A stretch of 64,000 nt of DNA from an uncultured Candidatus Saccharibacteria bacterium (GCA_964434715.1 CAYSWC010000003.1:6652-70651), one strand, 5' to 3'. Shown: positions 41,163-49,400, counted from the stretch's first letter. Notes: a model not told the origin generated them from the sequence alone. Translations and numbers: made by a program.

Positions 41163-41210
41163 CCTTTAACTTGCCCATATTTTAATACAATTCGCTAAAA
41201 AATAAAAGCG

Positions 41211-42773
41211 ATGATATACTTTGAATTGTCAAAAATGTTTCTCTTTAAACCCAAAACACCGAAGAAAATTCTTTTTGTGGCGACTGAGTCCGAACCTTTT
41301 ATTAAAGCCGGCGGTTTAGGCGCGGTTATGTTGGCGCTCCCCAAGGCGCTCAATAAACTGGGTTTGGACGCGCGCCTGATGATTCCCCGCTATGCCGGCA
41401 TTGATTTGGAAAAATTCCGGCTTCAAATGGAGCTTGAGGGTTTGGAAGTGCCGACTGATGCTGCCGGTGAAAACGAGAACGAACCTACTCACCTTATTTG
41501 CAATGTTCGGAAATATATCCCCAAAGAGAATGGCAGCAATCGCTTGCCAGTTACCACCTATTTTCTGGAAAATCTGGAGTATTATGAAAAACGTTCCAAT
41601 ATCTACGGCTATAGCGACGACGCTATTCGCTGGGCACTGCTTTCGCGCGGTACTCTGGAATTTTTGCGTTTCTCGGAGTGGCTGCCGGAAATAATTGTCG
41701 CTTCAGACTGGCAAACCGGTTTCTTGTGTAATTACCTGCGCACCAACTATAAAGACGATGAGCGTCTAGGCCGGATTGCCAGCATTTTCATAATTCACAA
41801 CTTGTATTATCAGGGTATGTTTGATCACCGCTTTGTCTCGGAGATGGACTATGATGACGGTCAATCACCCTTGCCGGCTTTTTTTAATCCGCGGCTTTTA
41901 AAGGTGAACGGCATGCGCCGCGGCATTAGGCACGCTGATTTAGTAAGCACGGTTTCGCCCACTTACGCCAAGGAGATTATGACGCCTGATTACGGCGAAC
42001 TTTTGGACGGCTTGCTTAGAGAACGGCGCTCACGGGTTTACGGCATTTTAAACGGCATTGACTATGAGGAGCTTAATCCCGAGACTGACCGTTATCTTAC
42101 CCAGAATTACGGACCGCACAATTTGGATCTGCGTCTCAAAAACAAACTGGAACTTCAGGCGCGCTTCGGATTAAATCAGGACAAAAACGCTTTTGTAGTT
42201 GCCATTGCCTCTCGTTTTAGCGAGCAAAAAGGGCTTGATCTTTTATTTTCCGTAACTGACGTGATGCTCCGGGAGCTTGATATGCAGGTCGCGATTTTAG
42301 GCAGCGGCGAAGGCAAATACATGGGCTTTTTTCAGGATTTGGAAAAACGCTATCCGGGCCGCGTCGGCACCCATTTAAGTTTTGATCCAGTCATGCCCCA
42401 TCTCATCCACGGCGGAGCCGATAGCGTGCTTATTCCTTCCAAATTTGAACCAGCGGGACTGCTTCAGCTTGAAGCCATGCGCTACGGCGCGCTCCCAATT
42501 GTCCGAGCAACCGGCGGTCTCGCTGACACGGTTAAGGATTATAACGCGCGCGAGAACTCCGGCACTGGTTTTGTTTTTAAAGATTTTGACTCCTCGGCCA
42601 TGATGGTGGCCGTGGTGCGAGCTTTTGAAGTTTTTCATCATCAAGCCGAATGGCGCATGATTCAAAAAAGAGCCATGGCCGAAGATTTCTCCTGGGACAA
42701 ATCAGCCCGAGATTACGCGCATCTTTTTACTTTGGCCAATGCTTTCCGAAGGCGGGAAATAGAGAAAGAATAA
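41211..42773 (+). CDS. glgA: Glycogen/starch synthase (GT5), copy 1
   Basis: KILFVATESEPFIKAGGLGAV, IIHNLYYQG, PSKFEPAGLLQLEAMRYG. The true start may be the MFLFKP codon at 41235. Confidence 0.9.
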   Translation: MIYFELSKMFLFKPKTPKKILFVATESEPFIKAGGLGAVMLALPKALNKLGLDARLMIPRYAGIDLEKFRLQMELEGLEVPTDAAGENENEPTHLICNVRKYIPKENGSNRLPVTTYFLENLEYYEKRSNIYGYSDDAIRWALLSRGTLEFLRFSEWLPEIIVASDWQTGFLCNYLRTNYKDDERLGRIASIFIIHNLYYQGMFDHRFVSEMDYDDGQSPLPAFFNPRLLKVNGMRRGIRHADLVSTVSPTYAKEIMTPDYGELLDGLLRERRSRVYGILNGIDYEELNPETDRYLTQNYGPHNLDLRLKNKLELQARFGLNQDKNAFVVAIASRFSEQKGLDLLFSVTDVMLRELDMQVAILGSGEGKYMGFFQDLEKRYPGRVGTHLSFDPVMPHLIHGGADSVLIPSKFEPAGLLQLEAMRYGALPIVRATGGLADTVKDYNARENSGTGFVFKDFDSSAMMVAVVRAFEVFHHQAEWRMIQKRAMAEDFSWDKSARDYAHLFTLANAFRRREIEKE

Positions 42774-42776
42774 GAA

Positions 42777-42856
42777 AATCATCAACGAATAGCGAATTTC
42801 GTACGAATGAACGAATTCGTAAATTAGGAATTGATTCGTTATTCGCTGATGGAGCG
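42777..42856. repeat. Palindromic ACGAAT/ATTCGT word-repeat element (copy C)
   Basis: aatcatcaacgaatagcgaat...gattcgttattcgctgatggagcgg, between the glgA stop and the GH57 start. Confidence 0.7.
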
Positions 42857-42862
42857 GGGCAT

Positions 42863-44356
42863 ATGAGGTGGGCTAATTTTCTACATATTTATCAACCGGC
42901 TGAACAGCAGCCGGATATTTTGGAAGCCATCGTAGTCCAAAGCTACCGGCCGATTTTAACTCATCTTAAAAAAAATAAACGTCTGAAATTGACCTTTAAT
43001 ATCAACGGCTCCCTTTTAGAGCTTTTTGACAAATATGGCTATCAGGATCTTATTGATTGTCTAAAATCAGCCGGCGAAGACGGCCGAGTGGAATTTACCA
43101 GCTCCGCCAAATATCATGCCTTTCTGCCTTATCTGGAGAAGGACGAAATAATAAGACAAATTCAGATTAATGATGAGACTAATAAATTTTTCTTGGGCAA
43201 AGCTTATAAGCCCCAAGGATTTTTCCCGCCCGAGATGGCTTATAAAGAGGAGCTGGCACCGATTGTTGAAGAACTGGGCTTTAAATGGATTATTCTGGAC
43301 GAAATTGCCGTGAGCGGCGAGCCCGGACAAGTTGATTACAAGAAAATCTATAAAATCAAAAACGCCAACCTGCTGGTTTTTTTCCGCGAGCGCCGGCTCT
43401 CTAATTTAATTATGAGTGCCGTGGTGCGTTCAGAGGAGACTCTCCGGGAGGCGATGAAAGTTGATTTAGCGAGCGGCCGTTATCTGGTAACCGCCATGGA
43501 TGGCGAAACCTTTGGTCATCACCGGCCGGGCTTGGAGAAAATGCTTTTTGATGTTTGGAATGCGAAAGATTTTGAGCTGATTAAAATTTCAGAGATCCCT
43601 GAATTTTATCAGGATGTTAAAGAAGTTTCGCCGGTTAAATCCACTTGGGCGTCGTCCAAAGAAGACATTTTAAAAGGCATTCAATTTTTATCCTGGTCTG
43701 ATCCGGAAAATATTATCCATAAGTGGCAGTGGGAGCTCACGCATTTGGTTTTAGACGAGATTTATGAGCTAGACAAAGACCAGCCGCGTTATAATTTAGT
43801 GCGTAAAAAAATGGATTTGGCGCTCGCGAGCGACCATCTTTGGTGGGCCTCGGCCAAACCTTGGTGGAGCATGGAAATGATTGAAGACGGCGCTTATCGC
43901 CTGTTGGATACTTTGCGGCATATTCCCGAGGTTAGCCGCGAGAAACTGGAGCGCGCGCGCGACTTATACGAAAAGATTGTTTCCACCAGCTTTAACTGGC
44001 AGAGAACCGGGAAAATCCGGACCATGATGTGGGAGCAGAAATCAATTTTACGGATTCCCTTCCGCGATCGCACCATTGGCCGGGGCGGAGCCGAAGGCGG
44101 CGTCTATTATGCTTTTATAGATATGATGAAGCGGCTCGAGAAAGAAGCGGCCGCTAAAGGCGAATATGAAAAAGCCATTCTCTGGCGGGACGCTATTTTC
44201 AAACTGGAAAACAAGCTGGATATTTACGATACTATTAACGCCATTGATCTCCTGCGGGTGGAAATTCCCCACGAGGAGGTTGAGGCAACTATTCAAGAAT
44301 ACAAGGAAAAATACCGGAAGATCCGCGGCGGCCAGCCGGAACAAAGAGGTTCTTAA
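42863..44356 (+). CDS. Glycoside hydrolase family 57 enzyme (alpha-glucan processing)
   Basis: ATG at 42863 (MRWANFLHIYQP..). HIYQP, MDGETFGHH and its position between two glgA genes fit GH57. The ORF-track start at 42650 reads through the repeat. Confidence 0.7.
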   Translation: MRWANFLHIYQPAEQQPDILEAIVVQSYRPILTHLKKNKRLKLTFNINGSLLELFDKYGYQDLIDCLKSAGEDGRVEFTSSAKYHAFLPYLEKDEIIRQIQINDETNKFFLGKAYKPQGFFPPEMAYKEELAPIVEELGFKWIILDEIAVSGEPGQVDYKKIYKIKNANLLVFFRERRLSNLIMSAVVRSEETLREAMKVDLASGRYLVTAMDGETFGHHRPGLEKMLFDVWNAKDFELIKISEIPEFYQDVKEVSPVKSTWASSKEDILKGIQFLSWSDPENIIHKWQWELTHLVLDEIYELDKDQPRYNLVRKKMDLALASDHLWWASAKPWWSMEMIEDGAYRLLDTLRHIPEVSREKLERARDLYEKIVSTSFNWQRTGKIRTMMWEQKSILRIPFRDRTIGRGGAEGGVYYAFIDMMKRLEKEAAAKGEYEKAILWRDAIFKLENKLDIYDTINAIDLLRVEIPHEEVEATIQEYKEKYRKIRGGQPEQRGS

Positions 44357-44357
44357 A

Positions 44358-45833
44358 ATGAAAATTTTATTTGTCGCATCAGAATTAACCCCAATTGCCA
44401 AAGTCGGGGGCTTAGGAGATGTAATCGGTGCTTTACCCAAGGCGCTTAGCCGGCTGGGAATTGAAAGTGAGATTGTAATGCCCCGCTATCATTTTATTCC
44501 GCTCAAAACATTGAGATTGATTAAAAGAGGAATTAAAATTCAATTTGCTAAAACCAGTGAAAAAATTACGCTTTACCAATGCGCGCTTCCTAAAGCCAAC
44601 GTTAAAGTTTTTTTAATTGAAAATAGAAAATATTTAAGCACCGGGCCGGGACCCTATTTCGAATCAAGCGGCGTAGCCGGAATGAAAAAAGAGATTGAAC
44701 GATTTATCTTTTTCTCCAAAGCGGTTTTTGTTTTGCTCCGGAAGCAGATTTTAAAAAGTGATATTATCCATGCCAATGACTGGCACACAGGCGCGCTAGT
44801 AGCGCTAGCGCGCAAATCCGAAATCAGAAATCCCGAAAAGGGACGTGGTCCCCTCGGGACTTTACGTCCGAAATCCGAAACACCAAAAATTATTTTCACC
44901 ATTCACAATTTAGGCAATCAAGGCCGATGGAATGTGGAAGAAATTAATCAATGGTTTTGGTCAAAAAATGAAAAGCCGATCTTCAAAAAGTTTGGCAATG
45001 ATTACAATTTGATAGCCGAAGGGATACTTAATGCCGATTGGGTAACTGCCGTGTCTCCCGCTTACTCACGGGAAATTTTAACCCGCGAGTACGGCCAGGG
45101 TTTGGAAAAAATTATTCAATCGCGGCGCCGAAATTTAACCGGTATTTTAAACGGCATTGATTATGATTTTTGGAATCCTCAAAAAGACCGCTTTCTTTCT
45201 CAAACCTATTCAGAGAAGACCGCGAACTTAAAAAGCATTAATAAATCAGTGCTCCAGCGATCGCTTAAATTAAAAAATGATTTAACCCTTCCCCTTTTTG
45301 GGCTGGTGGCGCGGCTCACCGATCAAAAAGGCATTGATTTAATTACGGCCGGCATCAAAGCTTTCCTTAAAAAATATCCGTCTCAATTTGTTTTTTTAGG
45401 ACGCGGCTCAACTGATTACGAAACCGCCCTTCTTAAATTAGCTAAAGAATTTCCGCAGGCCGTCTACACCAAGATTGGTTTTGACGAGCCACTGGCCCAC
45501 CGCATCTACGCGGCAAGCGACTTTTTCCTGATGCCTTCCCGCTTTGAACCGAGCGGCTTGGGACAGATGATTGCCATGCGCTACGGCACTATTCCAGTTG
45601 TCCGGTCAACGGGCGGACTTAAAGATACGGTGAGACATCTCAAAACCGGATTTGTTTTTAAGCATGCTAAATCCGAAGAATTTTGGCAAATAGCGGGACT
45701 GGCTTGGAACTATTACCTTAAACATCAGGAAGAATTATCAGTTATTCAAAAAAATTGTTTTAAAGAAAATTTTGATTTTAACCGTTCTGCCCGCGAGTAC
45801 AAAAATCTCTACGAAAAAGTTTTGAAATTATAG
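44358..45833 (+). CDS. glgA: Glycogen/starch synthase (GT5), copy 2
   Basis: ATG at 44358 (MKILFVASELTPIAKVGGLGDV), TIHNLGNQG, PSRFEPSGLGQMIAMRYG. Contains a 57-bp in-frame insertion. Confidence 0.9.
   Translation: MKILFVASELTPIAKVGGLGDVIGALPKALSRLGIESEIVMPRYHFIPLKTLRLIKRGIKIQFAKTSEKITLYQCALPKANVKVFLIENRKYLSTGPGPYFESSGVAGMKKEIERFIFFSKAVFVLLRKQILKSDIIHANDWHTGALVALARKSEIRNPEKGRGPLGTLRPKSETPKIIFTIHNLGNQGRWNVEEINQWFWSKNEKPIFKKFGNDYNLIAEGILNADWVTAVSPAYSREILTREYGQGLEKIIQSRRRNLTGILNGIDYDFWNPQKDRFLSQTYSEKTANLKSINKSVLQRSLKLKNDLTLPLFGLVARLTDQKGIDLITAGIKAFLKKYPSQFVFLGRGSTDYETALLKLAKEFPQAVYTKIGFDEPLAHRIYAASDFFLMPSRFEPSGLGQMIAMRYGTIPVVRSTGGLKDTVRHLKTGFVFKHAKSEEFWQIAGLAWNYYLKHQEELSVIQKNCFKENFDFNRSAREYKNLYEKVLKL
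44814..44880. repeat. Hairpin element with 10-bp direct-repeat flanks inserted in frame in glgA copy 2
   Basis: AAATCCGAAA at 44814-44823 and again at 44871-44880 (57 nt = 19 codons apart), enclosing TCCC-GAAAA-GGGA and GTCCC-CTC-GGGAC hairpins. Encodes ..SEIRNPEKGRGPLGTLRPK.. Confidence 0.6.
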
Positions 45834-45919
45834 CTTGCCGGAGAATCGATAAAATTCATCGCGCTTGGCAGGGCGGGATTTTTTGTGCTAGTTTGAAGTT
45901 ATTAAATATAAGTTAAGCC

Positions 45920-46900
45920 ATGAGAAGCAATACTAAAGCCGGACCAGAGATGATGAGTAAAAAGATTGTAGCTATTGGCGGCGGGACAGGTGTTTTTACC
46001 GTTCTTTCGGGACTCAAAAAATACTTCAATAATCTTACCGGTATTGTGACCATGGCTGATGATGGCGGTTCGGCCGGTGTCTTAAGAGAAGAATTTGGTA
46101 TTCTCCCGCCCGGAGATATCCGGCGCGTCTTGATCGCTCTCGCCCCATCTAATCAGGCGCTACTTGCCGAGCTTTTTAATTATCGGTTTCAAGAAGGCAG
46201 CGGTTTAGCCGGACACAGCTTCGGCAATTTGATGATCACGGCTTTGGAGCGTATCACCGGCTCTTTTGAAAAAGCCGTTGAAGAAGCCGGAAAAATTTTA
46301 GGAGTTCAGGGCAGGGTTTTGCCGGTCACTTTAAAACCACCGGTGCTTTTAGCTGAAACCGAAGACGGCCGCGTGATTAAAGGAGAAACCAATATAGACA
46401 CTTTCCGACCCGAACACTGGAGCGCCGTAAGGAAGGTTTGGCTTGAACCACGGGTTTCAATAAATCCGCGAGCCCGCAACGCTATTCTTGATGCCGACTG
46501 CGTGATACTTAGCCCCGGCGATTTCTATACCAGCTTAATTCCCAATTTATTGGTTGATGGAACGAAAGAAGCGTTAAGAAAAACCAAGGCCACCGTCCTT
46601 TATTTCATAAATATCATGACCAAATACAGCGAGACCAGCGGCTTTAAAGCCTCTAATTTCTTAAAGATAGCTGAACATTATCTTGGACGCGACGTGATTG
46701 ATTATGTAATTATCAATAAGGCCAAACCGAGTTTAATACGTCTCAAGCCTTATATTGAACAAAGAGCCGAATTTATAGAGCCGGACATTGAGAATTTTGG
46801 CGCCAAGCCCACCCCCATTGTTACTGATTTGCTCAAAGTCAACGGATTGGTGCGTCATGATCCGGAGAAGATTGCCAAGGTAGTAAAGATGCTCCTATAG
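45920..46900 (+). CDS. YvcK/CofD-like (UPF0052) gluconeogenesis-factor family protein
   Basis: IVAIGGGTG..LSGLK, VTMADDGGSAG, PPGDIRR in the family order. The start may be at 45950. Confidence 0.8.
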   Translation: MRSNTKAGPEMMSKKIVAIGGGTGVFTVLSGLKKYFNNLTGIVTMADDGGSAGVLREEFGILPPGDIRRVLIALAPSNQALLAELFNYRFQEGSGLAGHSFGNLMITALERITGSFEKAVEEAGKILGVQGRVLPVTLKPPVLLAETEDGRVIKGETNIDTFRPEHWSAVRKVWLEPRVSINPRARNAILDADCVILSPGDFYTSLIPNLLVDGTKEALRKTKATVLYFINIMTKYSETSGFKASNFLKIAEHYLGRDVIDYVIINKAKPSLIRLKPYIEQRAEFIEPDIENFGAKPTPIVTDLLKVNGLVRHDPEKIAKVVKMLL

Positions 46901-47305
46901 GTTCTCGTAGTGATTTATTACGCAATTTCTCAATGACTCTGTCAAATAAGCAGGTAAATTAATAGCTACCAGATCAATTCTCCATCCGGTTTTATCCTTG
47001 ATTAGCTCCTGTCGGTGGCCGGCATATAAAGAGGCAGTACGCCTCAATTTTTTTAGTTTGGCGGCAGTTAAGTGTTCTTCCGGAGTCAATAACTGCCAAC
47101 TTTTGTCATCGTCATTGCTATAGTCATAACTTCTCAAGGCTTTTACTTCGACAAACACGAGGGCCTTGTCCTTATCTTTTGCCACAATATCCAATTCCCC
47201 CCACGGCTTACGGAAATTCCGCTCAATAATAAAGTAACCTTTATCTTTTAAGTATTCGCAAGCCAGATTTTCACCTAATTTGCCGATTTCGGATTTCTGT
47301 GTCAT
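46895..47305 (-). CDS. yraN: YraN (UPF0102) family endonuclease-like protein
   Basis: Start MTQKSEIGKLGENLACEYLKDKGY..ERNFR..GELDIV..VFVEVK is the YraN pattern. The ORF-track start at 47425 is unsupported. Confidence 0.75.
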   Translation of the reverse strand: MTQKSEIGKLGENLACEYLKDKGYFIIERNFRKPWGELDIVAKDKDKALVFVEVKALRSYDYSNDDDKSWQLLTPEEHLTAAKLKKLRRTASLYAGHRQELIKDKTGWRIDLVAINLPAYLTESLRNCVINHYENL

Positions 47306-47379
47306 GTGTTTATCGTCTGCATTTATGATACAATTATAAATAATGTAAAACCTAGACACAATAAGTTTAAGTTTCATCG

Positions 47380-47862
47380 ATGTTCCACAGCCAACAACCG
47401 ATACAAGACAAAAAATTCCTCTCATATGAATACATCAGGGGCCTGGTAGAAGGCGAGGGATGCTTTTCATTTTCGGCTGGAAGAGAAAATAAAAATGGCA
47501 CAAAATATAAGCTTCCAGCTTTTATCATTGGTATGCATGAACGAGACAGGGAGTTATTGAAAATGGTATGCGATAGCTTGGGCTTAAAGAGCAAGATTTA
47601 CAATAGACCAGCATGGAGAGGAGATGGAGTTAATCGCGGAAGGTCGGTCATTCTCATTGTTAGAGATTTTCAACAACTAAAAGATATTATAATTCCACTT
47701 TTCTACAAAAAATTGAAAGGACATAAAGGTAAGCAATTTATAGAATGGCTGGAGAAAATAGGAAGCGATCCAGATATATCAGATAGATTCAAGTCGCTTT
47801 ATAGAATTTATAAATGGGGTATATATGATGGTCCGAAATTCCTCAATAGATTTATAGATTAA
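47380..47862 (+). CDS. Free-standing LAGLIDADG homing endonuclease (single-motif type)
   Basis: YIRGLVEGEGCFSF is a classic LAGLIDADG motif, and 160 aa is typical of homodimeric enzymes. Confidence 0.8.
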   Translation: MFHSQQPIQDKKFLSYEYIRGLVEGEGCFSFSAGRENKNGTKYKLPAFIIGMHERDRELLKMVCDSLGLKSKIYNRPAWRGDGVNRGRSVILIVRDFQQLKDIIIPLFYKKLKGHKGKQFIEWLEKIGSDPDISDRFKSLYRIYKWGIYDGPKFLNRFID

Positions 47863-48029
47863 GAACTATATAGCTCTTGTACGAAATGTTTGCCGGATTA
47901 CAAGCAAAACAGCCAAATCTGAAAAACACTTGTAAAATCTACGCTTTTCGCATCTACACAAAATTCGATGTTTCACACTTGTTTCACACTTTTGTCAATA
48001 GCAGATGTAGATAAAATAAGGGTTTTTTC

Positions 48030-48250
48030 AAGTTTTGCAGGATTTTGCAGGATTAATCCTGCAAAATCCTGCAATAATCCGGCAAAGCTAATCCTGCAAA
48101 ATTAATCCTGCAAAAATCCTGTCACCCTACGAGTGATCTCTCATGCCTACGGCAGACCTCCCGAAGGGATTGGCCGCAGGGAGACAATTATTCTGCAAAG
48201 CTAATCCTGCAATCCTGCAAAAATTTGACGAATCCTGCAAAAGATTGTCC
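48030..48250. repeat. Iteron-like array of AATCCTGCAAAA
   Basis: At least 8 direct copies (starting near 48056, 48066, 48091, 48104, 48115, 48203, 48211, 48231) and 2 inverted copies (TTTTGCAGGATT near 48035 and 48045), around a GC-rich ~60-nt core. Spacing is irregular. Confidence 0.7.
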
Positions 48251-48482
48251 AGATACCTTTGTCGCTAATAATCACTAATAAGGCGACCACTTGGTATCGG
48301 GCTTTACCAGCTCTCTAGCCGCCTCACAAATATTCGTTAATATTAGCGCTGGCTTAGAAATGTTCACTACTATGCGGAGTGGATAGATCATCATTTGACG
48401 GTTTATCGGGCTTTTGACGACAAGCGGTTCGTTGGAGCCCAAATCACCGGAATCAGCAGAATGGCGAAGAGAAAAAGGTCGA

Positions 48483-48507
48483 GTCCCGCCTAGGCGGGAC
48501 TTTTTTT
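48483..48507. terminator. Hairpin terminator
   Basis: GTCCCGCC-TA-GGCGGGAC followed by TTTTTTT. Confidence 0.7.
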
Positions 48508-48509
48508 AA

Positions 48510-48789
48510 TGGACGGTGCAGGGATTGGACCTGCGACCTCGTCGGTGTCCCGCATAAAGTGGGCGCACCAGGATTTAAACCTGGGACCTCTCCGGTGTAA
48601 ACGGAGCGCTCTAATCACTGAGCTATGCGCCCACTTTAAGCGGGATTGTCATCCCTTCGAGAGATCTGCCGAAGGCATGACGATTTTCTAAACTCGTTTC
48701 ACTCGTTAAGAAAATCGGTAATAAACTTCTCGCTCCCTGCCCCGTACCGAGCTTCGCTTTGGTGCGGGGTACCACCGAGCTAACCGTCC
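48510..48789 (-). tRNA. Interrupted (split) tRNA-like gene: 5' part 48789-48646, 3' part 48547-48510, with tRNA-Val nested between
   Basis: The 5' acceptor GGACGGT (48789-48783) is the exact complement of ACCGTCC (48517-48511). TA-GCTC D-arm start. The 3' part GGGACAC-CGACG-AGGTC-GCAGG-TCCAATC-CCTGC aligns with the inner tRNA-Val. The T loop deviates at one position. Confidence 0.35.
48560..48632 (-). tRNA. tRNA-Val (anticodon TAC)
   Basis: GGGCGCA-TA-GCTC-AGTGATTA-GAGC-G-CTCCG-TTTACAC-CGGAG-AGGTC-CCAGG-TTTAAAT-CCTGG-TGCGCCC-A. Confidence 0.9.
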
Positions 48790-48874
48790 GCGATTTGCTT
48801 AGCGGATGTTGATTATCATAATTCCAACTTGCAGAAAAGACAACTTTTGAGGTAAAAGTAATAAGGAAGACACA

Positions 48875-48946
48875 CGGCTCGTAGCTCAGTGGTAGAGCAA
48901 GGTCCTTATAAGGCCGAGGTCGCAGGTTCGATCCCTGCCGAGCCGA
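48875..48946 (+). tRNA. tRNA with anticodon TAT (Ile, AUA-reading type)
   Basis: Acceptor CGGCTCG/CGAGCCG, D arm GCTC-AGTGGTA-GAGC, anticodon loop CTTATAA, variable AGGTC, T arm GCAGG-TTCGATC-CCTGC. Confidence 0.75.
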
Positions 48947-49060
48947 GAATGATCGAACCGGGAAGGGGGTCGGGGAAACGGGAGTTTCCCCGTGTAGAAA
49001 AGAACTGAAAACCGAGAGGTTGTCAGGGAGCGAGTTGCTGTATAGCGACTCGCGACGTGA

Positions 49061-49078
49061 GATTCCCTGCCGAGCCGA
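49061..49078 (+). repeat. Duplicate of the 3' end of the tRNA at 48875-48946
   Basis: GATTCCCTGCCGAGCCGA versus tRNA 48930-48946 GATCCCTGCCGAGCCGA (one extra T). The two copies are 114 nt apart. Confidence 0.7.
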
Positions 49079-49133
49079 TAGGAAATTAATCAAACCCGCT
49101 CCGACCGAAATCAGGGAGGCTTTTGCTATTTGT

Positions 49134-49174
49134 TTAAAAAATTGGCCATTCCGATTTTGTTTCAGAATGGCCAA
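49134..49174 (-). terminator. Rho-independent terminator of the micro-ORF
   Basis: Minus strand: TTGGCCATTC-loop-GAATGGCCAA followed by TTTTTT. Confidence 0.75.
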
Positions 49175-49192
49175 TGGCGTCCGGCTACCCGG

Positions 49193-49279
49193 TCAGCCCC
49201 AGATGGCGCCTGCCGAAGCCGCGGCGACGAACGCGAGAAGAAGCGCGGCCGCGATCAAGATCGGCTTTGCTTTCTTCAT
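49193..49279 (-). CDS. GC-rich micro-ORF encoding a 28-aa hydrophobic peptide
   Basis: My translation: MKKAKPILIAAALLLAFVAAASAGAIWG. Strong RBS AAGGAGGGA lies 6 nt upstream and a terminator follows. Below the ORF-track cutoff. Confidence 0.45.
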   Translation of the reverse strand: MKKAKPILIAAALLLAFVAAASAGAIWG

Positions 49280-49400
49280 GCGAGTCCCTCCTTTCTGCAC
49301 CAGGCACATACCTAGTGGTGCTAATTTATTTTAGCATACGAGCACAAGAACATACAAACATTCTTGTAAAGATGCCAAGGGGAATGATGAGATCGTGAAG

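Noticed and set aside
42650-42862. ORF-track N-terminal extensions (GH57 at 42650, glgA2 at 44166, gyrA at 63563, SBP at 59436, xer at 51235, yraN at 47425, mod at 25713)
   Set aside because: Each extension reads through a repeat element or the preceding gene. Conserved N-termini with RBS-like sequences start at internal ATGs.
48030-48250. Possible CRISPR array formed by the AATCCTGCAAAA repeats
   Set aside because: The repeats are only 8-12 nt long, spacing is irregular (8-25 nt), both orientations are present, and there are no cas genes. This is iteron-like, not CRISPR.
48623-49174. 183-aa minus-strand ORF in the ORF track
   Set aside because: It runs straight through tRNA-Val, the split tRNA-like gene, the tRNA with anticodon TAT and hairpin elements. 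It has no RBS and its sequence is low in information, so it is a read-through artefact.
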